A model generated the notes under the pieces. The model made no database searches and had not been told where the DNA came from. It worked only from the letters and a program-made list of their open reading frames with translations. A DNA stretch of 61,708 nucleotides, counting the filler, from Platydemus manokwari (Eukaryota): the NCBI GenBank assembly GCA_037951405.1. It is 5 parts of 5 records of this genome, joined end to end, with 100 filler letters (N's around TTAATTAATTAA, not from the genome) between each part and the next. Parts side by side here need not be neighbours in the genome. Positions count along the whole stretch, not along the records: positions 31,400 to 44,616 come from JBBMOY011795838.1; positions 44,717 to 61,708 come from JBBMOY011128107.1; 3 more parts are not named here. One strand, given 5' to 3'. This document shows positions 39,501-53,229 of the stretch, piece after piece (position 1 is the first letter of the stretch; the number at the start of each line of letters is the position of its first letter). The position numbers and the translations under genes were made by a program.

Positions 39501-41238
39501 TGTATATCGAGGCAAAAAGTAAAATATTTAACTCTGTAGATTGCAAAATTAACAGTTGTCATCTCTACAGTACATGCCATTTATTGATTTGATAATGGAA
39601 TTTCTTGAATATTATTGATACTGTTGAATGAGTCAGGTATGTAAAAACTTTAAATGAATTTTAGCTGTGATATTTTTAATAAAGCATTGAATTTAGTTTA
39701 CGGTCTTTATTATTATTCTCAATTCTATATATAAATGATCATCTGTGAAAATTTTCTCATATTCGAGCAACGCAATGATCCAGATCATTAAAACAATTCA
39801 TCAACATTAAATTTAAATAGCGATGAACTTGTTACGATATAATATTTATCATAATATAATCATCAGCTGATATTTACACACATGTAATTATCTCTATGTT
39901 TCCTTGCTCTTAGATCTTCAAGCACTTATTTTAATATCTGATAACTAGGATCTGTTTTGTCCGAATGTTACTATATACAATTTTTCACATTTCTTACATT
40001 TCTTTTGTTTGCAATGCTGCCAAATGAATAAATTTCCTGTGTTTTTTGGTCTTTTGTATTAATAATGATTTGAAAAATGTGCTTAATAAGTTTTTGTGGA
40101 AGCAAAATTTACCGTTAAAATTAAATGAAATCTAAACAAAATAAATAATAATTATATTTATAAAATAACTACTAATGAAATTCATAATTATTAAACTTGC
40201 GGGAAGTTGACATGAGGTGATCGTTCAGAAATTGTCTTTCAAGACGTTGGGTTGAGTAGTCATAATCATTGGTTATTAATTTTAATCAGAAAAATCAATT
40301 GCAATATCATTCTAAAAATTCCAAAATAAATCTAAATAGCGAAAATCAATATCATTACAATTTATGTTTGTTTATTATATTCTGGAGTTAATTTAGAAGA
40401 CCAAATTTTAACATTGTTTTACTGGAATCAGAAGAAGCATCTAATTATAGTTTAAGTTGTTAAATTTTAACAGCTGCTTCAAGAAGACTAAATTTAACTC
40501 CAATATTGAGCAAATAATACAAGATCGAGATATTGACACATGTCGAAAAATTTTTGTTTAATATTTTATCTCTTCTTGAAAATATTAGTGTCGTTTATCG
40601 ATTCATTTAAAATTTGTTCAAAGAATAAATTTAATTTACTTTTTTAAATAAGTTCGGATAAAGTGAAGTTTGATTTTAGATTTTTATTTCCCAATAAATC
40701 GATTAAGGTCAAATATAAGCATAATTAATTATGGAAGTTAATTTTCAATTATTAGAACTGCTTTCGATTGATTTTAGAATGAATTAAGGATTGTTACAAT
40801 GAAAAATCTATCTGGAAATAAAAAAAAATTAATAATCTTCTAACATGTGAATTTAGTCAAATTTATTATTAATTGATAATCTTATGAATAATTTTCACAT
40901 TTATTTCAGACAAAATATTTTTAAATGATTAATAATTTAAAGTATCACATGACATACAAATTCTTAATATTTTAAATCTTCTGTTTTAATAATAGTGACA
41001 ACACGACCGATCTAAGACTATTACGTCAATATTAACAATTCTGACACCCACTCATTCATTTAATGACTCATTTTGGCTACAACCAAGTTAATTTAGTAAC
41101 AGCTGCTATCATTGGTTTAAGGATATAATGAAGGACCAATAGAAATGAAGCCAAATAATTAATCAAATATTTCTCATCTGAGAAGTTCGATCAATCTTAT
41201 TTCTGGACAGCGTATGATATTCAATATTATGTTTCTTT

Positions 41239-41792
41239 ATGAATTTTAATTCCTCAAATGTCTACGTAGTTGGAGCAGTAGACAATCCTCAGTCCAAGAT
41301 TATCCGAGTAGTCCATATCTCTGATACTATGGGATGTGAAGACAAACTTTTCTCTCAGATTCCATTTGGACATATCCTCATACATTCCGGTGACTTTGGA
41401 AAATCTACTTTTCTTACTGCATTATGGCGTTCGAGAGCTTTTCTCAGCCAAATAGATAATATGAATAAGTTTTTCAACCATTTACCTCATCCTCACAAAA
41501 TTTATGTAGCCGGATGTCATGATAATCAGTTTTCTTCAATGTCTAAGGATGAAATTCAATCATTACTACCACCTGTTACTTATCTGCAAGATTCGTGGTG
41601 TCAATTATATTCATTAACAATATATGGAACCCCGTGGGTTAAAAGGAGGCTCAAAATTTCAAATGCATTTAGTAAAGACACCACGAGTCTTTCTGAGTCT
41701 TGGGAGAAAATTCCCAATCATACAGACATACTCATTTCAAATCAGAAACCATGGGAGTCAACATTTTACAAACACATCTCTAGTAGAATTAA
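41239..41792 (+). CDS. Metallophosphoesterase, MPPED1/2 (239FB/UPF0046)-like, large exon; 3' exon not located
   Basis: IRVVHISDT, IPFGHILIHSGDF, LPHPHKIYVAGCHD, TYLQDS, IYGTPW, WEKIPNHTDILIS; GTAAG donor after ...SRIK. Confidence 0.85.
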
Positions 41793-44616
41793 GTAAGATA
41801 TTGTGATATAAATAAATATAGACACTGCTTGGATTGGTTTAATTATTCATCGATTTCTTGCTAGTCTATCATTAGAATAGAAGCAATTTTACCAGTTGCA
41901 TTTGAATGAAGTTGAAATAATTTCAATTTTAACATAAACTAATTTGATTTACAACTAAAATAAGCTTCTTTTGAACTCTATATTTCAAATCTTTCCTTTT
42001 AACATCATCAATTACTTCCGCAAATTAACACCAATATTATTGGTATTTCTACTGTAAGATGTTTAAATATTATAAAAAATGAAAGTTATGAAGATATTAA
42101 AAATACTTCATAGATTTCATTAAAGGAATATTTTTTTCTGTCGTCATCTTTCTGCTGATCAAAGTGAAATTTGAAAATCATCTGGTTAATATTGTTATTA
42201 TTGTTCCGGCAATGCTTGAAATACAAATCTGTATTCCATCTTGGAATTCTATATTTGTTTAGTGAATCTATGCTGACATTATGACTAAAGCTGCTTATCT
42301 GGCATTAAAATTCCCAGAGTAAATTTGTTAGAAAATGTGCAATAAAACAGATTATGTCCGATATTTCGTGTTATTCATTTTGATATGTTTCGATTGACCA
42401 ATATCTGATTTCCAATTGATTGATTGATATTTTATACACCAAGTATAAATTGAACATTTTATTAGGCCCTATAAATTGCCGTGTGATATTTATCATATAT
42501 TAGAGATTTTTAAAAATATTCAATGCATATTTTCGCTCTTCATTTGTCATCTTCAATTGATAATATTTTGTACATTAATGCATCACAAGATGAATTTATT
42601 CTCAAGGCAATTTTCATATTTCATTTCATCTTCCGTTAAATGAATTAGATTCAGTATGAAATTGATATCAGTATTTCGATTCTCATTTATTGTTTTCAAT
42701 TTGTATAAATTCCAGCTTAATAAACTAGTGTCAATTTGGTTTAATTGGTCGATATTTATCCCGGTATATATTTTCATTGTCTTTGAAGTGCTTATTGAAC
42801 TGTAGATATTTACCGAATATAATTTCGAATATTTGTATTTATTACGAAAGCGTATCGAATGAAATCTCCCATTAACAATATAAAAACTAATGTATGGTTA
42901 ATAAAACCGGTTAATATTTGCAATTAATTTTATAATTATTCTCTATTGGTATTCAGTTAAATTTATTTAATTAAATTAAAAGTTCCTCAAAAAGTTATTT
43001 TTTTGATTAGCACCTTTATATATTTCTCCTAAGTCAAATTTCATCATACAACTATATATTGTTGTTGAATCGTTTATCAATTTCGTTTTTTTCTATTTTT
43101 ATAATTTGGTGTCATGGTTTTAGATTTACTAAAATCATTCTTAATATAATAGAATTAGAATTAGCTAATAGAATTAGATAGGCTATATGTGTGTGTGTAT
43201 TCTTGATGAATATTTATAATTTTTAGTTGATATGATACTTATCATATATAATACCATAATAAATGTTCAAATTGTTTATATTAATTTATACTATTCTAAC
43301 GATTTCATTTCGAAAAATTTAATTTTTATCGTTAATGCAGAATTATATTACATTAAATTTTTATTAATTATTTTTAGTTTACAGATTTCATTGATAATAA
43401 TTCTAATACACAATTTCTAATATTAATAAGTAGCGTTAGCTAAACATTATTAATATTTATGTAATTTAAGCTGGGAAACTTAGGACTTTATATAATTACA
43501 TTTGAATTCATCATTGTTCTATGATGTTAAGGTTATACGTCAACGATTTAAACTATTTATAGTAACAATAATGACAAAGTAGATATTTAACATCTATTTT
43601 TTAGGTAACATTCTAAATATAATGTTTATTCATGATACAATCACATTTTAAAAATTTACATCATTAAATTATGTTACTTTCAAATCGGATTTTTGAAAAG
43701 GTATTTGAAAGATTAATAAAAATATTTATATTAATATTCCATTGTCTAAGTCATAAAATTTTATTATTTAATCGTTTGTTTAATTTTAAATCAAAATGAA
43801 GCGAGAATTCTTTATCAAAAATGAATAACAAAACGATTGATTTGCAGATCGATCATTTGCGAACTTGCGTCGTGTGATTGTGATGTGGCCTACGTGCTGT
43901 ACACACTTTGTTTAGCGCTAATTATACCAAATGCCACGTTTATCTAAATTGAAAATGTGATTCTTACATCATTCTAACTAATTTTAGATAGATCTTACGA
44001 ACTAATAAACTGCATTCAATTATAACTGTTTTATCTTTCAGTTTCATTGTATTAATTAAAATATTCACAATTAATGATTTCATAAATAAATCCTCAGATG
44101 AGTAATTTGAAATTTAAATTGATTTTGATAATATTTTATTAATATTCTGAGCTTTTGTTTACAAATATCCAATAAACAAACTATGATATGATGACAGATA
44201 AATTTACCGAAATTTATTAACATAATACTAAGTTAAAATCGGCCAAAAAATTATCAAAGGAAAATATTAAAACATTTTCCTATCAAAGCAAAGTAAATAT
44301 TAAGCAATAATCTATGGTAATTGTTTATAAGTAGTATTTAATTATTTGAGTTGAATATTTTCTTTAAAAATAAATTTTTGAGTAGAATGAAAACATTTCA
44401 CCAGAAACCATTTTAAATCTATGACTTATTATTGTTGTTATTTTTGTTAACAAGAACATTTGAAGCCGACTAAATAAAAACATACTATTTTGGTCACAAA
44501 ATAATTATCTGGGTCAAATAACACAGCATAAATATGTAAATTATGAAATATTTGAAAACGAATGCAAAACTAACCAATTCCTTTAAATTAAGTAAATATA
44601 TTTGTGGTTTTAAGAT

Positions 44617-44716
44617 NNNNNNNNNNNNNNNNNNNNNNNNNNNNNNNNNNNNNNNNNNNNTTAATTAATTAANNNNNNNNNNNNNNNNNNNNNNNNNNNN
44701 NNNNNNNNNNNNNNNN
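44617..44716. other. Assembly spacer 44N-TTAATTAATTAA-44N
   Basis: Seen directly. Confidence 0.97.
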
Positions 44717-44803
44717 CACATGTTGCTCAACCAGTTAAAACCTATTTAGAAAATAGCGGGTGGGAAGTTCTGCCCCACCCGCCATATAGCCCATACTTGG
44801 CGC
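44717..44803 (+). mobile_element. mariner transposase fragment (catalytic domain)
   Basis: HVAQPVKTYLENSGWEVLPHPPYSPYLA matches the mariner WEVLPHPPYSPDLAP motif; begins at the contig edge. Confidence 0.88.
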
Positions 44804-45026
44804 AATAATAATAATAATCATAATCATAATAATAGATCATTTTGTTGTTCATTTTATAACGGAATTATTTACGAATTAATTGGTAATTTAGCTATACTTT
44901 CATAACTTCAATGTCATTATAGTTAATTAAAAATTATAATAAATACTGACTAAACAGATAATATTTTTAATGGTAGTATTCTTAATATATTTAATATTAT
45001 CGATCTTTAATTTCTTTTTGATTTAG

Positions 45027-48000
45027 CTTGATGAGGAATATCCTGGAAAAATAAAGGAAAATAAGGTATAGAACCTTAATTACAATCCTCGAATTGATAA
45101 TATTTTAATTATAATAATTAATTTAACTTAATTAGTATCTCTTATACAATAAAGGAGCTCTTATATTTTGATTATATTCATCTAATCAAATGTTATTTCA
45201 TCTTTTCACTTTTCAGATTTTGGAAACCAAGCAAATGATAGATATGATGAAACAAGTATATAACTATTTATTAATGCCTGTATATTGAATATTTTGTGTT
45301 TCTTATAGTTAATGTCAACAATTTCTTATAAATTGCTTATTCCTCTATTGGATATTTTTGATTAAAATATCTCGTTTTTCAATAAAAAATTCTTAATTAA
45401 TTTTATTCTTTAAAAATAGGTGCTTTTGGATTTTTATTTAAGTTATAAATTTTCACACACACAAATAGTTTATTGCTGAGTGTTTTTAAAAATGGTACAA
45501 ATTTACCATTAATAAAACTTCCATATACACCAACACAGGCTATTCTAGTAGACAATTAGTGGTCATCAAATCAACGGTTTCTTATTAAATTTCAACAGTC
45601 GGTCAATGAATGAATGCCAACAAAGAACGACACATTCAAATTGGCTAAAGATGGTAAAGAATAAATAGAAATAATAGAAAGAAATTTAGTTAGATAAAAT
45701 GTAATGAGACAGACATTGAAACATGGTGGAATTATGGAACTTTCATTGCAGTTATGTTTGAATTTGCATGGAGTCTCAATAGACAGCCATTAATGATGAA
45801 AGTAGATGTAAAATTGTCTCAATTTAAAACCACATTTACTACCTGATAACATTGTTTCACCAATTGAGTTTAAATTGAGTTTCAACAACGAGTCATAAAA
45901 TCTAGCATCACACAAGAGTTCACATCACAAACCAACATCAAGAAAAAGGACTTGCAGAAAGAATTATTGAGACCGTTTGAAATATGGTAATGACTGCAAT
46001 GAAATCCAAAAATATTTTATGCGGTTTGGATAATGAATACTAGATACCAAAACTCGGTGAAACTTTAGCCATTCGATATTCTGTTTCGAAGCTTATTGGT
46101 CTACGCAGATTGAAGATGAAAAAAACATCACGATGAGACACTGCTGAAATTGTTTGTTGTTAATTTTAAAAAAATTCGATACAGATGCAAATGAGAAACA
46201 AAATATTTACGCTATGAGAGGTATTGTTGAAGAAGGAACCGCACAGGATATAAAAGAATGGCTTGCCAGAATACTCAAAATTTTGAGTCCGCATCATGTT
46301 ATACTTAATTTTTGAGAGTATTTAAAATATAGAAGAATTGAAAGACTTCTCAGAAAATTATCAGAATGGGAGATTAGATGACATTTAAGAGTTCAGTAAT
46401 TGGAAGTAAAATACATTTTAATTAATAAAGATTATGGCCTTATTTTGTGTTCTTACTAAGAATAATTTAACTTCTTTGAAATAAATATACCTTAAGTTTT
46501 AATTTTTATTCAATTACATTGCAAAATTGGTGAAAGAAAATCAATTGAATTACGTGATTGATTTCAGAATATCAACTCAGTACAAACAACGCCAAATTTA
46601 TTTCTAAATATATACAAAGACCACGATGACATACATAGTCAATTCTGTCTTTGACAGAATAATTCATTTGTATTATTTTTTATAAAAAAATTCACACACC
46701 ACTGTTTGAAACTCATTTAATTTGCAAACATACTCAAATGCATTCTGAAAATATTAACTTTGCTTTGGTAAATTAATAAGCGAAAATTATTATTATTTAT
46801 TGTAAAAAAAATATCAAATTAATTTTCAGCAAATTGCTAATGTTGATGAACAAATTGCTGAAGTAGAAAAGGAAATTTCAAAAAACCAGAGTTCAGCAAA
46901 TCTGTCCAAAGAAATCACTGATATTTTGGAGAAAATCAATAAGGCCACCGCCGAAAGACGAGCATTAACAGAAAAATTGCAAACGGAAAGGGTTCTTCGT
47001 AAAACATATTACAATCAAATTGAAGATATGAAAGGTGCAATTAGGGTTTACTGTAGAGTAAGACCATTAATCAAGTTTGAAAAAGAACGCAAAGATGAAA
47101 TTTGCGTAGAATTTCCTGATATATACACAATAGTTATCAAACAACCCGATAAAAAGAATATAGCAGAACGTGCAAAAGAATATTTGTTTGATAGAGTTTT
47201 TCCTTTAAATTCTACACAGACTGATATCTTCAAAGATATTGACAAGTTAATTGAAACCGTTTTCACTGGATTCAATGTTTGTATATTCGCTTATGGACAA
47301 ACTGGAAGTGGTAAAACGTTCACATTAATTGGAGATATGGATTCTAAAGTTAATATGGGTGTTGTTCCGCGAGCATTCATCAGATTCTACGAGATGATAG
47401 AAGCTAACAAGTATTTATTTTCGATTAATAGCATAATTATTTTATTAAATGTTGTCAAAAATTTTAAATTGTCGCATTATTTTAGACTCACCATGAAGAC
47501 CGAAACAAACTTCTATATGATAGAATTGTATAATGATAAATTGCTTGATTTGATGAAGTCAGATGCAGATTATGTGGTAAATATTAATTTAATATTATAT
47601 ATTTTATATGTTTGACTGTATATGTGTCATTGAATTTTTAATCGTTTATTTTAATAAGAAGAACGAAATTTTAGTGTATTAATCAACAGTAGTTTTTCAA
47701 TTTAAATCATGACGCTTTTATTTAATTCAACGGAGGAATTTTTTGAAATATATTTCGATTTGATTTTATAAAATAGATAATTGTGGCGAACTGCCTCCAT
47801 CTTTTGGAAAGTTTTTGACGCCAATTTAACACATTGACGGACTGTAGGAACAAATGAAGTTCGAAATTTAACACACTATGTGCGTACTTAAGCTGCAAGC
47901 CGTGTAATAGATGGAAAACAAATGTCAACCGAAAGAATTGTTTCCAAAACATGACACTAGTCTACTATTTGTACGCCGCTAAATGCAGATTTGTGCCGCA

Positions 48001-50039
48001 TTGTCCAAAAGACCGTTTCGTTTTATACGGCTATTCAATCCTAAATTAATAAAACAAGATTGACAAAATGCCAAAAACATAATTTGAAATATATTTTCAC
48101 CTGTAGGTTTACTTGTATAAGTTTATTATAAATCAAATCAATTTGTGATTTTATAAATACCGTATCTTACTGTTGGTTATTCAAGCAGAATACTGGGCAT
48201 ATGCAAATTCTCGATTCTCGACATAGAATGATCTTATTTCTGCTCAGTGTAATCGAAATGTTACTGAATCCCTGTCAGCTACTGTGGTTCTTGCAATTTA
48301 GTGCATGCTGCTACCTAATATAATCACTAATGAGTCACTCGTAGAAATTTTCCACCATTATTTTTTTAATGTAATGCATACATGTTTTTCCTGCTTCAAT
48401 TTAACATAGCAGAAATATTCTTAATAATTAACTTCGCTAAACTAGAAAAATTCTCTATAATTAAATTTATTATGCGTAATTATTTTAGGGTTTTTACTCT
48501 TACTATATTTTATTTGATTTTTTTATTTGTTTTAAAGGGATTTTATTAATTTTTTATTCACATATTCTCCCGAAATATGTACATGAAAAAAATAAAATAC
48601 ATTCACACAACATAAAATAGTGCAAATAATCAATACATTTATATAGCAATACATCAAGTTGTTATTATCTTTTAAATTATCATCAGTCCACAAAATATTT
48701 ATATTTGTATTCTAACAGTGATTGCCACTAGAAGGCAATTAAGAAATTGTTATTTATTGATATTTGTAATGTATTGGATAAAAGTCGAGCACAAGCAACA
48801 CGTACTAACTTCTAAATATAAATTTGCACACATGGTACATTGGCAATTGTAGCCATTGAAGGGATTTAATTTATTTGTTATTTTTGGTAATGAGTGGTAT
48901 TATTTGGAATCAATAAACTTTTTAGTCATAACCTCAGTTTTGTTTATTCAATAATATAATTAAATAAATGTAATAATTGATTATTTTTGTGAAAGATAAA
49001 TTGTCACAAAAACCTCAAAACACTGATACCTTGAGTGGAAATCAATTTTTATAATTTTTAGAAGATTTTTGACGAATATTTCTGTAGGAAAATCTCAAGA
49101 TAATAAAAAATGAGCACGGAATGGTCATTGTACCCGGTGTGACAATGTTAAACGCTCAAAGCGCTGCTGATATGGTCAAATATTTTCACATTGCAAACAA
49201 TAATCGCCATATTGCTTCTACAAGTAGTATTTTTATTGAGCTTGATGAATTTTATTATTTCAACATATCATTTCAAATCTTTGTTTCTATTTATTTGACT
49301 CAATCGGGCGGAGAGATTAATAAAAGAGCGATATTTTGTTTATAATATAAATTAATTCCTATTTGTTTTAATTTTAAATCTAAATAATAATGTGAAATTC
49401 CTTTCAGAAATTATAAGCATTATAAGTCGCTACTATTTTATAAAACACGCCTTGAAAAACATTGAAAAGTCGCGATACCAAATTATTTTTTTAATTACCA
49501 AATTAATTACCAAATTACAAATTAATCTTTCATAAAAATAGAATAGATTTTAAATTTCAATTTAATATAAATCCTCACAGGCAAAATCAAGATATTTGTA
49601 ACGATTATAAACTAAATTTGATTTATTCCTGATTCATGAATATGTCGACTTCTGAGTTCTGGAAAATGATTGACTGAAAAGATTTGTTAATCATAAATCA
49701 AAGTATTTTGGGATTACATAATTGATCTGAATGATAATCTACTTAATGATAATCTATATGGTGACCATTATATAACTCAATATTGAAACAGATTGTAAAA
49801 AGAAACTTACTCATAATTTTAATGAAATGTCTTATTAAATTTTGATAAAATGAAGATTTAATTTGATTTAATTTTAAGAAATGAACTCCGAGAGCTCCAG
49901 ATCACATTTGATTTTGACTATCATGTTCACATTTACAAATATAAGTAACAGTAAAAAGTTTTTTGGGAAATTATCAATGGTTGATTTGGCTGGTAGTGAA
50001 AGACTTGTAAAGAGTGGAGTAACTGGCATTAATAAAACT
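45027..50039 (+). CDS. Kinesin-14 (C-terminal motor), KCBP/kinesin-C-like; exons 45027-45065, 45217-45255, 46830-47410, 47486-47576, 49088-49223, 49879-50039; 5' and 3' ends not found
   Basis: Coiled-coil-like stretch, neck ERVLRKTYYNQIEDMKGAIRVYCRVRPL, P-loop AYGQTGSGKT, switch I MNSESSRSH, switch II DLAGSER; all junctions GT-AG and in phase. The two 39-nt upstream exons are less certain. Confidence 0.9.
45600..46330 (+). mobile_element. Degenerate hAT (ZMYM1/Tip100-like) transposase fragment in a kinesin intron
   Basis: Broken frames NYGTFIAV..., ETLAIRY...KLIGL, TAEI, YAMRG, H.ILNF follow hAT motif order; heavily decayed. Confidence 0.4.
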
Positions 50040-51416
50040 GTAATTATTCTTTATTTGAAAATATTATGGGATTAAATTTATTTATTATTAATCTACTATA
50101 ATAATAATAATAATAATATAAAATCATCTTAGACTAACTATAAATTCTAGGGTTATCGATAATATATTGAAGTAGACGGAACAAACATATTCTTATCAGC
50201 CTATTTTAGATCTCTAGAACTTGTCAGAATTATGAATGAGAAAAATAGAAAAATAACGAAATTTTCAAAGTTAGACATTTTTTAACAAAATCTAATGAAA
50301 ACAAACTAATGAACTAATATTCTAAACCACAAAATAATCCCAATGTGGTTGAAATTGTTGAAAAACTCGAAATGGTTTTAAAAATCGTTGATAAAATTTA
50401 ACTTACAGAAAATCATTACTGTCAAGCGAGAAGTTGATATTCCGTCAGAGTTGCTAGAAAATGAATCTTGAATACATTTAAAATAGAAATGAGATTTTCA
50501 TTGATGTTTCCTGCTCAATGAGGATTAATTAATTTTAAAAAATAACAATAAGTGGCACATGTACATCTGATGATATAATAAATAGGTACAATATAATCGG
50601 CTTTCTTACCATTTGCGAGAATAAACATAAGCACAAAAACGTGAGAAGAAATTAAGCTAATCGGTTATAGGCTATGAAATAGCCTAAGAAATGTAAAACT
50701 AGTTTTAAATAAAATTTTACTTATCATGTTAATGAAAAATAAATATAGATAAATAACAAATAAATGTTTTGGAATTCGCTATCAAACTTGAACAAGAGAA
50801 TAATTAATATTATATAATTATTATTGTTGGGGGATATAATTGGGTGCCTCAATAGAATAAATGTTCAGAAAATGATAAACTTATTTTACGTAGTCAATAG
50901 CGAGATAAAATATTGTGCCATCTAATTAAATTTGTAAGCCTATTTATATCGGTTGTGTATTTGTTTTCCTACATCTTTGTTATTGGCTTTATCTCAAAGA
51001 ATGTTAAATATAATGTGGTATTTTTGTTTCTGTTTTCTATTTTTGTTTAATCAATAGCGCTTTGTGAATAATAAGGGATAATTAATTTTCTAATTATGTA
51101 AATTATGTTTATTTCTATTTTTATTCAATTTTTTATTTTTTCTTAATTAGGGATTTATGTTTGAAATTTTATGTTTTTAGATTTTCAATTGAATGCATTC
51201 CTTATGTTCTAGATTTTGAATGTCAATAATTAAGAAACTTTTACTTATAACTTTAACATTTAAAATTTTTGTTTAACGTCTTTGTAAATATTTGGTTATT
51301 TTACGCTAGTAACTCCAAATATTGCTTTTTTTGGTTTTTCAAATTAACATTTTAAAACTATATTTGTGAAATCTTTAATAATGAGCCAAATTTTATTGGC
51401 TTCTGAACTATTAGAT

Positions 51417-51796
51417 TAGTGGTTCTCAACTCGGGGTCGCGGCATCAAATTGGGTCGGTAAGCATTTTTAAAGGAGTCGCCGAATTATGGTAGGTGTACA
51501 AACCATTACATGTGAAAAATCGTGTTTTATGATGCTGTTAAATAAATAGTTTGTGATGCTGATTTAACAACTTCCGTTCACAATTACCTTGACTACTAAA
51601 ATTAAGTATTTTATAGATAATGTTATTATCTGATAATTTTATTATTATAGGTAATTCATTACTTATTGTAAGTCAATGAAATATTTGCAAATTGGTTTTA
51701 TTAAATATGGTAAGTAATATTGATTTTCTTTGGTGTTGCCAAGATCTTAAAAATGGAAAAAATGGTATGCCATAGAAAAAAGGTTAAGAACCACAG
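51417..51796. mobile_element. hAT-family MITE (~380 bp)
   Basis: Imperfect TIRs TAGTGGTTCTCAAC...GTTAAGAACCACAG match the CAGTGGTTCTCAAC hAT/Charlie end, with subterminal GGGTCG repeats; the 8-bp TSD is degenerate. Confidence 0.75.
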
Positions 51797-52930
51797 CTTT
51801 ACAGCATTCCTTCTTTAAGGTTACTTTTGCAAAGTATGTTATCAAATACTCATAATATCTGATTTAATAGCTTGTTCTTTGACTGATTTAATCAATTATC
51901 GATCTGTGTCTAATTTTACTATTTTAATTACTAATTAATTGGGCTTCATGTAAGCTTATAAGTTAACTGAAATCATTGATGCTATACAATCAACAGTTAG
52001 GGTATCCTGCAATCTAATTGAAAAATAAGATATCGCGCATATTGGGTCATCAAGTGATTACGATTAACGAAAGTATTTAGAGCTTTTGATAGAAGATTTA
52101 TTAAGGTTATTTTAATCTTCAATTTATAAATAATTTGGTGAAAAGCAATAACTTCCAGAACCAAAGAATTAAATTCCCCAATCTCAGATACTAAATCTTG
52201 TGAGATCATGTCATTTTGCTGCGGAGGGACAAAGGACTAATCATCAAATCAAATATTAAGAAATGTCTTCATTCTTGAAAGAAATTTTAATTAAATTTCA
52301 CTTGTGTGGGAATATGGATAATTTGGTCAGAACTTGTCAATAAATCAGGATAAATTCCAACAATTTATACCTAATTAAAAAGCATATTTTCAAGATAACA
52401 AAATCAACATTAAATCTAGCAAATTCAGAAAGATAATAAAAATACTAGCCATCTAATCTTGAGAGATAAAGTAGTTTGTTTAATGGATATAGTAAGAGAT
52501 AAAGAAATTAAGAATTGAACGCCTAATGGAAAAAAATTATTATAAAGAACAGCAATTTTCGAAATTTGTAAAATATATTAAAGAAATCGAAAAGGTAAAA
52601 CACTAGAAAGAAAAACCAGGAAACCATGGGAAAATGTGAAATGATAAAGGAGAAGTTTACCGTATTACTAACAAGTTACATTGGTTTTTATTTCGCTGAA
52701 ATTTTTACAATCCCAACTAACGTTGTAATAATAATTTTTTCATTATTCTCTTTATTATTTTTATTATGCATTCTTTTAATTATTTTAATTAATTAATTAT
52801 TTTTATTATAATCTGGAATTCAATAATAATAATAATAATAATCAATATTATAGCGGTATCTTTTGATTTTTAAAATAATTATTTTTAAAATTTTAAATCT
52901 TTTTAATTCCAATTTTTATATAAATTTCAG

Positions 52931-53229
52931 CTGCAATTCTCGATCAAATCGTTACGGTTGTCATTGAAAAATTCCCAAAAGATCGAACTCGACATTTGTT
53001 TCGCAAACTGAAAATTCCGGAATCTGTCATCACGGAACTTGAATCGACATATCGTGGAAAATTCAATCAGAAATTGTTGCTATCGAAAGGTATTGAAGCG
53101 TGGAGGCAATATCTCGAAGACAAGGCGACAACGGATACTTTAATCAGATGCTTCTTTTTAATAAACGAAAAAAGTCTTAATGTTGAATTGATTCAGATAA
53201 AAACACTGGCCAATCGAATAAAATTGTAA
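52931..53229 (+). CDS. Terminal exon encoding a Death domain; upstream exons unidentified
   Basis: TTTCAG acceptor, then RHLFRKLKIPESVITELESTY...IEAWRQYLEDKATTDTLIRCF (Death-domain LxRxL..I..., W...AT..L pattern), TAA, and AATAAA at ~53316. Confidence 0.72.
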
